Shown here piece after piece: positions 39,414 through 49,845 of a stretch of DNA of 63,506 nucleotides (its first letter is position 1; each line of letters opens with the position of its first letter). Both the position numbers and the translations under genes were made by a program. The notes below the pieces were generated by a model, which was not told the DNA's origin, did no database searches, and was given only the letters and a program-made list of their open reading frames with translations. This stretch comes from an uncultured Mollicutes bacterium (GTDB taxonomy: Bacteria > Bacillota_I > Bacilli_A > RF39 > UBA660): contig UQQI01000002.1 in assembly GCA_900543055.1 (NCBI GenBank), forward strand, positions 1 through 63,506, given 5' to 3'.

Positions 39414-39666
39414 AATACATTGTATTATAAACTTAACAAAAAGTAAATACTTTTTTCTTTTTTTATAAGATAACTGTAAAAATCTGCTATATTTCTAAAC
39501 ATTTTGAGTTAATAAAAAATTTCATCTCTATATATAACAAAAATTGTGATTTTCTATTTTATAAATTTCAAATATTAGAATTCATTACTTTTTTTATACT
39601 TTTGATGTTGATATTTATTTTTTTCTTATCTATTATCACATAACATATTAAGATATTAACTTTTGT

Positions 39667-39675
39667 TGTGGAAAA
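39667..39675 (-). promoter_or_regulatory. DnaA-box-like 9-mer TGTGGAAAA (TTTTCCACA), directly abutting parS-1
   Basis: One mismatch from TTATCCACA. Identical to the box form repeated in the dnaA-flanking regions. Confidence 0.55.
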
Positions 39676-39691
39676 TGTTTCACGTGAAACA
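39676..39691. promoter_or_regulatory. parS: parS site 1, TGTTTCACGTGAAACA (perfect)
   Basis: Perfect 16-bp palindrome matching the Firmicute parS consensus TGTTNCACGTGAAACA. The palindrome extends to 18 bp with its flanks. Confidence 0.85.
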
Positions 39692-39854
39692 TTGGAAATT
39701 TAATTTTAATTAATACATAGTTTACATTTTATAATTAATACTTCTAAAAGAAATAAAACTAAAGCAGTATATCATTATTGTACTCAATAAATGTTAATAA
39801 AACTTTTAGTTTTAATACTTACAACTTAGTTATAAACTTAACCTGTGAATTTAA

Positions 39855-39870
39855 TGTTTCACGTGAAACA
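39855..39870. promoter_or_regulatory. parS: parS site 2, TGTTTCACGTGAAACA (perfect)
   Basis: Perfect 16-mer inside the 24-bp palindrome TTAATGTTTCACGTGAAACATTAA. Confidence 0.85.
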
Positions 39871-39968
39871 TTAAATGTTGAAAATAACAATATTGATATA
39901 ATTAACAAATTATTTACAAAAATTTATAAAATATTTTCTAATTATATGAATCACTTATAAACTCTTAC

Positions 39969-39977
39969 TGTGGAAAA
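39969..39977 (-). promoter_or_regulatory. DnaA-box-like 9-mer TGTGGAAAA, 1 nt from parS-3
   Basis: Same 9-mer as at 39667, 47693 and 47756. Confidence 0.55.
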
Positions 39978-39978
39978 A

Positions 39979-39994
39979 GGTTTCACGTGAAACT
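39979..39994. promoter_or_regulatory. parS: parS site 3, GGTTTCACGTGAAACT (outermost positions diverge)
   Basis: The 14-bp core GTTTCACGTGAAAC is perfect. The two outer bases differ from consensus. Confidence 0.7.
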
Positions 39995-40015
39995 ATTACA
40001 AAATTTAACTTTTTC

Positions 40016-40024
40016 TGTGAATAA
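40016..40024 (-). promoter_or_regulatory. DnaA-box-like 9-mer TGTGAATAA (TTATTCACA), 3 nt before NBS-1
   Basis: One mismatch from TTATCCACA. Confidence 0.5.
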
Positions 40025-40027
40025 AAT

Positions 40028-40041
40028 ATTTCCCGGGAAAT
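40028..40041. promoter_or_regulatory. Noc-binding-site-type palindrome 1, ATTTCCCGGGAAAT
   Basis: Perfect 14-bp palindrome (16 bp with its T/A flanks). From memory, it equals the B. subtilis NBS consensus. Confidence 0.75.
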
Positions 40042-40093
40042 AATTTTAAAATTTACATATTTTTACAAATAAATGACAGAATTTTATTAAATA

Positions 40094-40179
40094 AATGCAT
40101 TAAAAATTAAAAATGCATTCTCGTAAATTTAAATTATATATTATTCACCTATTAATCTTTAAATTCATTAGAATGCATT
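40094..40179. repeat. Three copies of the 8-bp palindrome AATGCATT between the two NBS sites
   Basis: Copies at 40094-40101, 40112-40119 and 40172-40179. No known factor assigned. Confidence 0.6.
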
Positions 40180-40194
40180 TTATAAATTATTGAT

Positions 40195-40202
40195 ATTTCC
40201 CG
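40195..40202. promoter_or_regulatory. NBS half site ATTTCCCG
   Basis: The left half of the NBS palindrome, 4 nt upstream of NBS-2. Confidence 0.4.
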
Positions 40203-40206
40203 AATT

Positions 40207-40220
40207 ATTTCCCGGGAAAT
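40207..40220. promoter_or_regulatory. Noc-binding-site-type palindrome 2, ATTTCCCGGGAAAT
   Basis: Perfect copy in the same extended context, TATTTCCCGGGAAATAATTTTAA, as site 1. Confidence 0.75.
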
Positions 40221-40233
40221 AATTTTAATTGTT

Positions 40234-40261
40234 GAAAAAAGAAGAAATTATTTTTCTTCTT
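40234..40261 (-). terminator. Probable intrinsic terminator overlapping the gyrA stop codon
   Basis: 9-bp stem AAGAAGAAA (40239-40247) / TTTCTTCTT (40253-40261), followed by a short U-run on the minus-strand transcript. Confidence 0.45.
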
Positions 40262-42713
40262 CTATTTCTTGATTTTCGTTATCTAAATTTTCTTCAGTAT
40301 TTTCTCTTTCTACTAAAGCAACAGTTGTAACCTTTTGATTATCTTTCAAGTTCATTAATCTTACACCTTGAGTTGCTCTCTTCAAAGTAGATACTTGTTC
40401 AAGCGGTAATTTAATAATTATGCCACTATCTGTCATTATCATTAAATCTAATTGTTCATTAGGTGCTAATGTCTTTAATGAAACCATACTACCATTTTTA
40501 TCTGTAATATTAAGTGCTTTAACACCCTTACTTCCTCTATGAGTTAATCTATATTCATCAATAACAGTTTGTTTTCCATAACCATTTTCTGTAACAATTA
40601 ATACCATTTGATTTGATTCTACAACTTCTGCACCTACAACTATAGCTCCATCTAATTCCATTCCTTTTACACCAGAACTACTTCTTCCCATAGATCTGAC
40701 TTCATTTTCATCAAATCTTACCATACGTCCATTGCTTGCTCCTATAACAATTTCATTCTTTCCACAAGTCTTTTTAACGCTTATAAGTTCGTCATTTTCT
40801 TTTAAAACTATAGCGATTTTTCCACCTTTACGAATACTATCAAATTCGTCTATTGGTGTACGTTTTACAATACCATTCTTAGTAGCAAACATTAAGAATT
40901 TAGTAACATCATCATTTTGTTTTACACTCAACATCGAACTAATGTTCTCATTTTTCTCTAAAGGTAATAAATTAATTATTGGTAAACCTTTAGACTGTCT
41001 TGAAAATTCTGGAACTTCATATCCTTTCATTCTGTAAACTCTACCTTTATTTGAGAAGAATAAAAGATGATCATGTGTATTCATTGATAATATTTTTTCC
41101 ACAAAGTCTTCTTCATTAGTAGACATACCTTTAATACCTACTCCTCCTCTATTTTGAGTTTTGTAAGTATCAGCTCTTAATCTCTTTATATAACCATTAT
41201 TAGTTAAATTAATAATTATATCTTCTTCTGGAATTAAAGACTCATCTTCTATATATTCTATTGCTGTCATATCTATATTTGTACGTCTCTCATCACCATA
41301 TTTTTGCTTTATTTCTAATAATTCATTTTTAATAACTTCTAATATTTTTTCATCACTAGCTAAAATTGATTTTAATTCAGCAATTGTTTTTAATAATTCA
41401 TTTAACTCATTTTCAATCTTATCTCTCTCTAATCCAGTTAAACGACGTAGTTTCATTTCAAGTATTGCATTAGCTTGAATTTCAGTCAATCCAAAACCTT
41501 CCATTAATCCTTTTCTAGCTTCTTCATCCGATTTAGAACCTCTAATCACTTTAATAACAGCATCAATATTATCTAAAGCTATTTTTAAACCTTCTAATAT
41601 ATGTACTCTCTTTTCAGCAACATCTAAATCAAATTTTGTTCTTCTTATAATGACTTCTTTTTGATAATCAATATATTTTACAATTATATCTTTTAAACCT
41701 AATGTTTTTGGAACACCTTGATCAAGCATCAAGAATATAATTCCATAAGATGTTTGAAATGCAGTATGTTTATATAATTTATTTAAAACAACTTGTGCGT
41801 TTGCATCTTTTTTTAATGTAATCGTTATTTTAATGCCATTTTTTAAATCTGAATGATAATCAGCAATACCTTCAATAGTTTTATTATGAACTAATTCAGC
41901 CACCTTATTTTTTAATTCTAAAGTATTAACACCATATGGAACTTCATCAATTATAATTTGTTGTTTTCCATTCTGTTCCTCAATAGTAGCCTTACTTCTA
42001 ATAGTAATACTACCTCTACCTGTTTCATATGCTTTTCTAATACCACTATTACCTAGAATAATTGCTCCTGTTGGAAAATCTGGTCCTTTAATATATTTCA
42101 TTAAACCATCTAAATCAATATCAGGATTATCAATATATGCTACACAACCATCTATAACTTCACCTAAATTATGAGGAGGTATATTAGTTGCCATACCAAC
42201 AGCAATACCAGTAGTTCCATTAACTAAAATATTAGGAAATCTAGAAGGTAAAACTTCAGGCTCTCTTTCACTCTCATCAAAATTAGGGGTAAAATTAACC
42301 GTATCTTTATTTATATTTCTTAACAATTCTAGTGATATTTTCGAAAGTCTTGATTCAGTATAACGCATTGCAGCTGCACCATAACCTTCAATATTACCAA
42401 AATTACCATGTCCATCAACAAGCATATATCTGTAAGAAAAATCTTGTGCCATTCTTACCATTGCTTCATAAATTGAAGAATCACCATGTGGATGATATTT
42501 ACCCATAACGTCTCCAACTATTCTAGCACTCTTTTTATGAGGTTTATCTGGTGTGTAACCTGATTCATACATAGAATATAAAATTCGTCTATGAACAGGC
42601 TTTAAACCATCTCTAAGGTCAGGTAAAGCACGAGCAACAATAACACTCATTGAATACTCTAAAAATGAATCCTGAACCTCTTTTACAATATTATTCTTTT
42701 CTAATCTATCCAT
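40248..42713 (-). CDS. gyrA: DNA gyrase subunit A
   Basis: 821 aa. [17 protein letters not shown], the active-site AAMRYTE and a beta-pinwheel CTD. Follows gyrB. Confidence 0.97.
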   Translation of the reverse strand: MDRLEKNNIVKEVQDSFLEYSMSVIVARALPDLRDGLKPVHRRILYSMYESGYTPDKPHKKSARIVGDVMGKYHPHGDSSIYEAMVRMAQDFSYRYMLVDGHGNFGNIEGYGAAAMRYTESRLSKISLELLRNINKDTVNFTPNFDESEREPEVLPSRFPNILVNGTTGIAVGMATNIPPHNLGEVIDGCVAYIDNPDIDLDGLMKYIKGPDFPTGAIILGNSGIRKAYETGRGSITIRSKATIEEQNGKQQIIIDEVPYGVNTLELKNKVAELVHNKTIEGIADYHSDLKNGIKITITLKKDANAQVVLNKLYKHTAFQTSYGIIFLMLDQGVPKTLGLKDIIVKYIDYQKEVIIRRTKFDLDVAEKRVHILEGLKIALDNIDAVIKVIRGSKSDEEARKGLMEGFGLTEIQANAILEMKLRRLTGLERDKIENELNELLKTIAELKSILASDEKILEVIKNELLEIKQKYGDERRTNIDMTAIEYIEDESLIPEEDIIINLTNNGYIKRLRADTYKTQNRGGVGIKGMSTNEEDFVEKILSMNTHDHLLFFSNKGRVYRMKGYEVPEFSRQSKGLPIINLLPLEKNENISSMLSVKQNDDVTKFLMFATKNGIVKRTPIDEFDSIRKGGKIAIVLKENDELISVKKTCGKNEIVIGASNGRMVRFDENEVRSMGRSSSGVKGMELDGAIVVGAEVVESNQMVLIVTENGYGKQTVIDEYRLTHRGSKGVKALNITDKNGSMVSLKTLAPNEQLDLMIMTDSGIIIKLPLEQVSTLKRATQGVRLMNLKDNQKVTTVALVERENTEENLDNENQEIEEEK

Positions 42714-42722
42714 AAGACCCTC

Positions 42723-44657
<1,935 letters not shown>

Positions 44658-45770
44658 CTACTTTCTTTCTACATTCCCATTATTAACATTGAAAATGTAT
44701 GCATTTTCTACATATTTTTTATTAATATTTCTTAGATCTGTTGTAGTAATTATACTTTGAACATCATCTAAATTAATAATTTTCAATAACTTATTTCTCT
44801 TTTTTATATCCAATTCACTAAAAATATCATCCAATAGTAGAACTGGAGAAGTACCAGTAAACTCTTTAAATATAGGAATTTCTGATATTTTAAAAGATAA
44901 AATAGCTAATTTTTGTTGTCCTTGAGAACCATAATATTTTAAATCATTACCTTTATATTCAAAATAGAAATCATCTCTATGAGGACCATATATAGTCATA
45001 CCATAGTTAAGTTCTTTTAAATAATTTTTTTTAAATGTATGTTTTAACTTTTTTCTTATATTTTCAGAATCGTAATCATTAATTTGAATATTAGGAACAT
45101 ATTTAACAACAAGACCATTATCATTTGATATATCTTTATAATATTTATCTATATATATATTTATAAAATCAATATATTCTTTTCTTTTTTGATAAATATA
45201 CGTTGCTTTCTCTATTAATTTATCAGTTATTATATCCAAATAATTAATATCTGCAATACTATTATTAAACAATATCTTCAAATATTCATTTCTCGTTTTT
45301 AATAATTTATTATATTCATTGTAAATTTTTATATAACTTCTAGATAATTGTGATAATTGAATGTTAAGTAAATTTCTACGAACATTAGGAGATCCTTTTA
45401 TTATTTCTAAATCATCAGGAGTAAATACTATTACATTTAGATTTGTTATATAATCTACTATTTTTCTAATAGTATTTTTATTAACTTCTAATTTTTTTTC
45501 TTCTTCAGAAATATTAATAGATAATTTAGTAATAATTTTATTATTTTTTATTGTTCCTTCTATTGAACATTTATTTTTACCAAACTGTATTATATTAGGA
45601 CTATTTCCTACTCTATGTGATTTAGTTAGAGCTAAAATAGTAATTGCTTCAAGAATATTAGTTTTTCCTTGAGCATTATCTCCAACGAAAATATTCATCT
45701 TATTATTTAAAGTTATATTACATTTTGAATAGTTTCTAAAATTAAGTAAGTTAATTTTTCTAATAATCAT
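44658..45770 (-). CDS. recF: DNA replication and repair protein RecF
   Basis: Walker A GDNAQGKTN, SQGQQK signature and LLLDDIFSELD Walker B. Confidence 0.93.
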   Translation of the reverse strand: MIIRKINLLNFRNYSKCNITLNNKMNIFVGDNAQGKTNILEAITILALTKSHRVGNSPNIIQFGKNKCSIEGTIKNNKIITKLSINISEEEKKLEVNKNTIRKIVDYITNLNVIVFTPDDLEIIKGSPNVRRNLLNIQLSQLSRSYIKIYNEYNKLLKTRNEYLKILFNNSIADINYLDIITDKLIEKATYIYQKRKEYIDFINIYIDKYYKDISNDNGLVVKYVPNIQINDYDSENIRKKLKHTFKKNYLKELNYGMTIYGPHRDDFYFEYKGNDLKYYGSQGQQKLAILSFKISEIPIFKEFTGTSPVLLLDDIFSELDIKKRNKLLKIINLDDVQSIITTTDLRNINKKYVENAYIFNVNNGNVERK

Positions 45771-45838
45771 TTTAAACCGCTAAAAAGACACATCCATAAA
45801 ATTACCCCCTAACATGGTATTCCTATACATACATGTAT

Positions 45839-45847
45839 ATTATACCA
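45839..45847 (-). promoter_or_regulatory. Extended -10 promoter (TGGTATAAT) upstream of recF
   Basis: The reverse complement of 45839-45847 is TGGTATAAT, about 70 nt upstream of the recF ATG and downstream of the comK-like terminator. Confidence 0.4.
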
Positions 45848-45870
45848 TAAATAGCCCTATTTAAGCAGAA

Positions 45871-45895
45871 AAAAATAGCTAAATTAGCTATTTTT
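45871..45895 (-). terminator. Intrinsic terminator overlapping the stop of the ComK-like gene
   Basis: Perfect 11-bp stem AAAAATAGCTA / TAGCTATTTTT with a 3-nt loop. U-run on the minus-strand transcript. Confidence 0.65.
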
Positions 45896-46345
45896 TCTTT
45901 TTGATAACACATTTTTTAACCTCGTTGCTCTAGCAATTTGATTTTCCATTGATCGAAGTGAGCACGGAACTATAATTTCCTTCTTGTTGTCAAAAACAAT
46001 TCTCGTATTGCTCTCATCTACTCTATAGATATTTTCGACTCTTCCAACAGAAATCCACGCACAATCGTCGGCTCTAGGTGATGTTGTAGGAAATGCAATT
46101 AATTCATTTGTATCAGCAATAACTATTGGCACTTTATATTCGGCTCCTAGTATTTCTTTAGCTCCCTTCTTTCTGCCTTCATAGCTACTACCAAAATATT
46201 TACAACTATCTTCCATAATATTTAAAGGATTATCGTCAATTATATAACGACTATCATCTTCATATATTAGGCTAGACTCCTTTCCGTTTGGCAAAATTGC
46301 CAATGTTCCCTTATTAAACTCGTATAAATTCTTGTTATTTAACAT
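45884..46345 (-). CDS. comK: ComK-family competence transcription factor (short form, 153 aa)
   Basis: YEFNKGTLAILP, SCKYFGSSYEGRKKG, ELIAFPTTSPRADDCAWIS and SMENQIARATRLKN align with my recollection of B. subtilis ComK motifs. ATG at 46345 after GGGGGGAG. Confidence 0.8.
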   Translation of the reverse strand: MLNNKNLYEFNKGTLAILPNGKESSLIYEDDSRYIIDDNPLNIMEDSCKYFGSSYEGRKKGAKEILGAEYKVPIVIADTNELIAFPTTSPRADDCAWISVGRVENIYRVDESNTRIVFDNKKEIIVPCSLRSMENQIARATRLKNVLSKRKNS

Positions 46346-46494
46346 ATTATCAATTCTCCCCCCAAACAAGAGCTAATGTGCTCTTGCATAATAATCATAT
46401 AACAATAAGTTTTACACTTTTGTAGAATTTTGACGAAAGAACACATAAAATTTTCTTTCTATATAAATTATTATTAATTTTTATGATTTTTTTG

Positions 46495-46527
46495 TAAAAA
46501 AAAAGAGAAATTTAAATTTTTTCTCTT
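46495..46527 (-). terminator. Intrinsic terminator at the dnaN stop codon
   Basis: Stem AAGAGAAA (46503-46510) / TTTCTCTT (46520-46527), then a U-run on the minus-strand transcript. Confidence 0.65.
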
Positions 46528-47653
46528 AATATGTTCTAATTGGTAAAACTAATTGAGTTAAAGTTTCGTCTTCTGTTGATTTTATAAGGATTGGCTTTAC
46601 TTCTCCTACAAAATGTAAATCAACAGTTTCTGTTGAAAAACTCTTTAATGCTTCCATCATATATTTAGCACTAAATGAAATTTTAATATCTTCATTATTG
46701 TTTTTAGAAATACTCATTTTTTCTTCTACACGACCAATTTCAGCAGAACTACTTTTTAATGTTAATGTATTTCCTTCTGTTTCTAAAGTAACTATATTTT
46801 TTTCTTTATCACTAGTTAAAATACTTACACGATCAATTACACTATAGAAATCATTTAAATTAGTACTTACTACTAAATAAGAATCATCAGGTAAAAGATT
46901 TGCAGTATTAGGATATGTTCCATTAATTAAACGAGATTCAAATTTTAAATTACCATTTTTAAATAAAACTTTATTATTAAAGATATGAACCTCAACTTCT
47001 TCACTATCATCACCTAAAATTTTTGTAAATTCAATCAAGTTATGACTAGGAATTACGATATTATAATTATCTTCACTTACTTTTTCTAATTTAACTATTT
47101 TTCTAGCTAAACGATATGAATCTGTAGAATTACATTCAAGAATATCCCCTACTATATTAAAGTTAATACCAGTTAAAACAGGCTTACTTTCTTCATTAGA
47201 TGTTGCAAATGCTGTTTGATTAACAATACTTTTTAAAACACCAGCATTAATATTAATTTTTTTCTTACTTTCTTCTAAACCAACATTAGGATATTCTGAT
47301 TCACTAATACCATTTAAATTAAATTCACTATTTTCTGTGTAAATTAATATTTTTAATTCATCAATAACTTCTACATTGATATATTGGTCAGGTAATTTTC
47401 TAACTATATCTAATATGTATTTACCTTGAATAATGATACTACCTTCGCTATCTATTTTAAATTCATCATCATTAACCGATTCAATAGTAGTTTGAATAGT
47501 AATATCATTGTCACTTGCAGTTAAAGTAAGTTTTTTCTTTTTTAATTCAAATTTAATACCTGCAAGTACTGGAATTAAATTTTTAGTAGATATTGCTTTT
47601 GATACTTTTGATAAAGCGTCTAATAATAAATCTTTTTTAATTGTAAATTTCAT
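46526..47653 (-). CDS. dnaN: DNA polymerase III beta sliding clamp
   Basis: 375 aa. MKFTIKKDLLLDAL...PVLAGIKF and the C-terminal LVLPIRTY. Located downstream of dnaA. Confidence 0.95.
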   Translation of the reverse strand: MKFTIKKDLLLDALSKVSKAISTKNLIPVLAGIKFELKKKKLTLTASDNDITIQTTIESVNDDEFKIDSEGSIIIQGKYILDIVRKLPDQYINVEVIDELKILIYTENSEFNLNGISESEYPNVGLEESKKKININAGVLKSIVNQTAFATSNEESKPVLTGINFNIVGDILECNSTDSYRLARKIVKLEKVSEDNYNIVIPSHNLIEFTKILGDDSEEVEVHIFNNKVLFKNGNLKFESRLINGTYPNTANLLPDDSYLVVSTNLNDFYSVIDRVSILTSDKEKNIVTLETEGNTLTLKSSSAEIGRVEEKMSISKNNNEDIKISFSAKYMMEALKSFSTETVDLHFVGEVKPILIKSTEDETLTQLVLPIRTY

Positions 47654-47776
47654 ATATTATTCCTTCTTTCTTATTTATATTTATATTATAGCTGTGGAAA
47701 AAGTTGAAAACTCAAAAATTATCTTATTTTTCAACAAAAATGTATTCACATAACCTGTGGAAAAGCATCTTAAAAC
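47654..47776. promoter_or_regulatory. oriC: oriC, dnaA-dnaN part: DnaA boxes plus an AT-rich candidate unwinding element
   Basis: TGTGGAAAA at 47693-47701 and 47756-47764. Weaker TTTTCAACA at 47728-47736. A pure A/T 20-mer, TTATTTATATTTATATTATA, at 47671-47690. Confidence 0.7.
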
Positions 47777-49171
47777 TCACATGTTTTTCACAACCCCAAT
47801 ATCTTTCTTTAATTTTTCTATTATATTAGCTAAATCTTTATTAACTTTTATCTCATTTTCAATTTTTTCAACTGAATGCATTACTGTAGAATGGTCTTTA
47901 CCACCAAATTCAGTACCAATCTTAGGAAAACTCTCATTTGTCATTACTCTACATAAATACATAGCAATTTGCCGTGGAAAAGAAATATTTGAACTCCTCT
48001 TTTTACTTCTTATATCATCAACTGTGATTTGGAAATATTCAGATACGATTTTTTGTATCCTATGAATATCATTTTTCTCTCCTATTCCTTTACTAATAAA
48101 GTCTTTTAAAGCATCAATTGCTAAATCAAGATTAATTTTTTCTTTTCCCATAATAGTTGAATATGCAATTAATCTAGTAATAGAACCTTCTAGATTTCTA
48201 ACATCCGGTCCTATATTTGATGCAATATACTCTATTACATCATCTGGTATTTCTTGCTCAACATTTTCTGCAACTATTTTTTTCTTTAAAATTTCCATTC
48301 TAAGAGAGAAATCTGGTGGGAATATATTAACTGTTAATCCCCAGCAAAATCTTGTTCTTAAACGATCTTCTAATAATTTTAAATCATCTGGAGATCTATC
48401 TGATGAAATAATAATTTGCTTATTATCATTATATAAATTATTAAATGTATGGAAAAATTCTTGTTGCGATTGTGTTGCTCCTCCTAAAAATTGTATATCA
48501 TCAATTAATAAAACATCTATATTTCTATATTTATCTTTAAAGAAATCAACATAATTAAAATTAGTTCCTTTATCATCTTTTCTTGTAGATTTAACAAATT
48601 CTTCTCTAAATTGTTCGCTTGTAACATAAAGGACTCTTTTATCAGAATTTTCAACTATATAGTTTCCTATAGCATGCATTAAATGGGTCTTCCCTAACCC
48701 ACTATTTCCAAATAGAAATAAAGGATTATATATTTTTCCAGGATTCTCTGCTACAGAAAGAGCAGCCGCTCTTGCGAATTTGTTTGTATTTCCTACAATA
48801 AAATTATCAAAAGTATAGTTTTTCTTTAAATTAGAATTAATATTAAATTGTTTATTAGGTGGTGATTTATCTTCTAGTTTTTTCTTTTCTTCTAACATTT
48901 CTTTTTCAACTATAATTGAGGATATTTCTTCTTCCAATAAAAATAATAGTTCATATGAAGAATCAGTTAATTCATTTAGTTTGTTAGATATTGTCTCATA
49001 ATAATTCTCTTGCAAATGTTTTTTGTGGATTGGCATAGGAACTATTATATAAGCTTTTTCATCTTTTAGTTCATACAATTTTGTTTCCTTAAACCAAGTT
49101 TGATAAGAGATGGATGAGATTTCATCTTTTATTTGTTCAAGTATTTTAGACCATAGAATATCTACATTCAA
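47777..49171 (-). CDS. dnaA: Chromosomal replication initiator protein DnaA
   Basis: Probable TTG start at 49171, 8 nt after GGGGAG, giving (M)NVDILWSKILEQIK like other DnaA N-termini; the track ORF runs to 49204. Walker A GNSGLGKTHL and the C-terminal DnaA-box-binding domain (HSTVMHS) are present. Confidence 0.93.
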   Translation of the reverse strand: MNVDILWSKILEQIKDEISSISYQTWFKETKLYELKDEKAYIIVPMPIHKKHLQENYYETISNKLNELTDSSYELLFLLEEEISSIIVEKEMLEEKKKLEDKSPPNKQFNINSNLKKNYTFDNFIVGNTNKFARAAALSVAENPGKIYNPLFLFGNSGLGKTHLMHAIGNYIVENSDKRVLYVTSEQFREEFVKSTRKDDKGTNFNYVDFFKDKYRNIDVLLIDDIQFLGGATQSQQEFFHTFNNLYNDNKQIIISSDRSPDDLKLLEDRLRTRFCWGLTVNIFPPDFSLRMEILKKKIVAENVEQEIPDDVIEYIASNIGPDVRNLEGSITRLIAYSTIMGKEKINLDLAIDALKDFISKGIGEKNDIHRIQKIVSEYFQITVDDIRSKKRSSNISFPRQIAMYLCRVMTNESFPKIGTEFGGKDHSTVMHSVEKIENEIKVNKDLANIIEKLKKDIGVVKNM

Positions 49172-49204
49172 TTTACCATCTCCCCATAAGTAATAATCAA
49201 TCAA

Positions 49205-49603
49205 ACCTATTCTACATTAAAACAATTAAAAATGAAAGTAAAAAAACATAAAAAAACAAATTAATTTTGTAGATTAAATTTGATGTGTCGATATATACAA
49301 TAACATATTTTTTCATTTTATTGAATAAAAAAATAATTAAATTTTTTTTATTGCAAAAACAAGATACTTTTCAACATAATTTTACACTTCAAAAACATAA
49401 AGAAAATAGGTTTCGACATTTTCCACCAATATTCCACAAAGTTTTCAACAATTGAAGTGTATATATAATAAGGTTAAAAATAAGTTTTCCACATTTTCCA
49501 CAGAAAAGTTATTAATAGGTAACAAAAAAGTTTTAAACAAACTTGTGGAAATTGTTAATAACTAAAAAAAATAATTAAAAAAAAATAAATTAACAACTTT
49601 TAT
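49205..49603. promoter_or_regulatory. oriC: oriC, dnaA-upstream part: DnaA-box cluster at the strand-switch point
   Basis: Tandem abutting TTTTCCACA-TTTTCCACA at 49485-49502. TGTGGAAAT at 49544-49552. Weaker boxes at 49419-49427, 49430-49438 and 49442-49450. Long A/T tracts at 49205-49400. Confidence 0.75.
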
Positions 49604-49633
49604 TTGACAAAATCACAATTATATTATTATAAT
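49604..49633 (+). promoter_or_regulatory. rpmH promoter (TTGACA - 18 nt - TATAAT)
   Basis: TTGACA at 49604-49609 and TATAAT at 49628-49633, about 30 nt upstream of the rpmH ATG. Confidence 0.65.
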
Positions 49634-49663
49634 AATGTAGATTTATGTCTGGAGGTGGAACAA

Positions 49664-49786
49664 ATGAAGAGAACATATCAACCAAACAATCGTAAAAAAT
49701 CAAAAAAATTAGGATTTTTTGCACGTAAGAAAACAAACATTTTAAATCGTCGTCGTCGTAAAGGACGTAAAAGTCTTTGCAAATAA
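49664..49786 (+). CDS. rpmH: 50S ribosomal protein bL34
   Basis: ATG at 49664 after GGAGGTGG. MKRTYQPNNRKKSKK...RRRRKGRK. Confidence 0.93.
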   Translation: MKRTYQPNNRKKSKKLGFFARKKTNILNRRRRKGRKSLCK

Positions 49787-49845
49787 AAATACCGCTGCTA
49801 AAAAACAGTGGTTTTTTACTATAAAAAGATAGGAATAGGGATATT

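Noticed and set aside
39778-39960. 60-aa plus-strand ORF inside the gyrA-ffs intergenic island.
   Set aside because: It spans parS site 2, has no RBS, and gives an Asn/Ile-rich translation. The region is better explained as protein-binding DNA.
39676-40220. The identical 179-bp spacing of parS1-parS2 and NBS1-NBS2 as evidence of a tandem duplication followed by site conversion.
   Set aside because: The sequences between the sites do not align with each other by eye, and shared words such as TTTACAT sit at different offsets. I therefore report the equal spacing only as an observation.
39660-40225. A CRISPR-like array, because short palindromic repeats recur.
   Set aside because: There are two different repeat types, irregular spacing (48-179 bp) and repeats of only 14-16 bp, with no cas genes. 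All of them match known ParB/Noc site consensus sequences instead.
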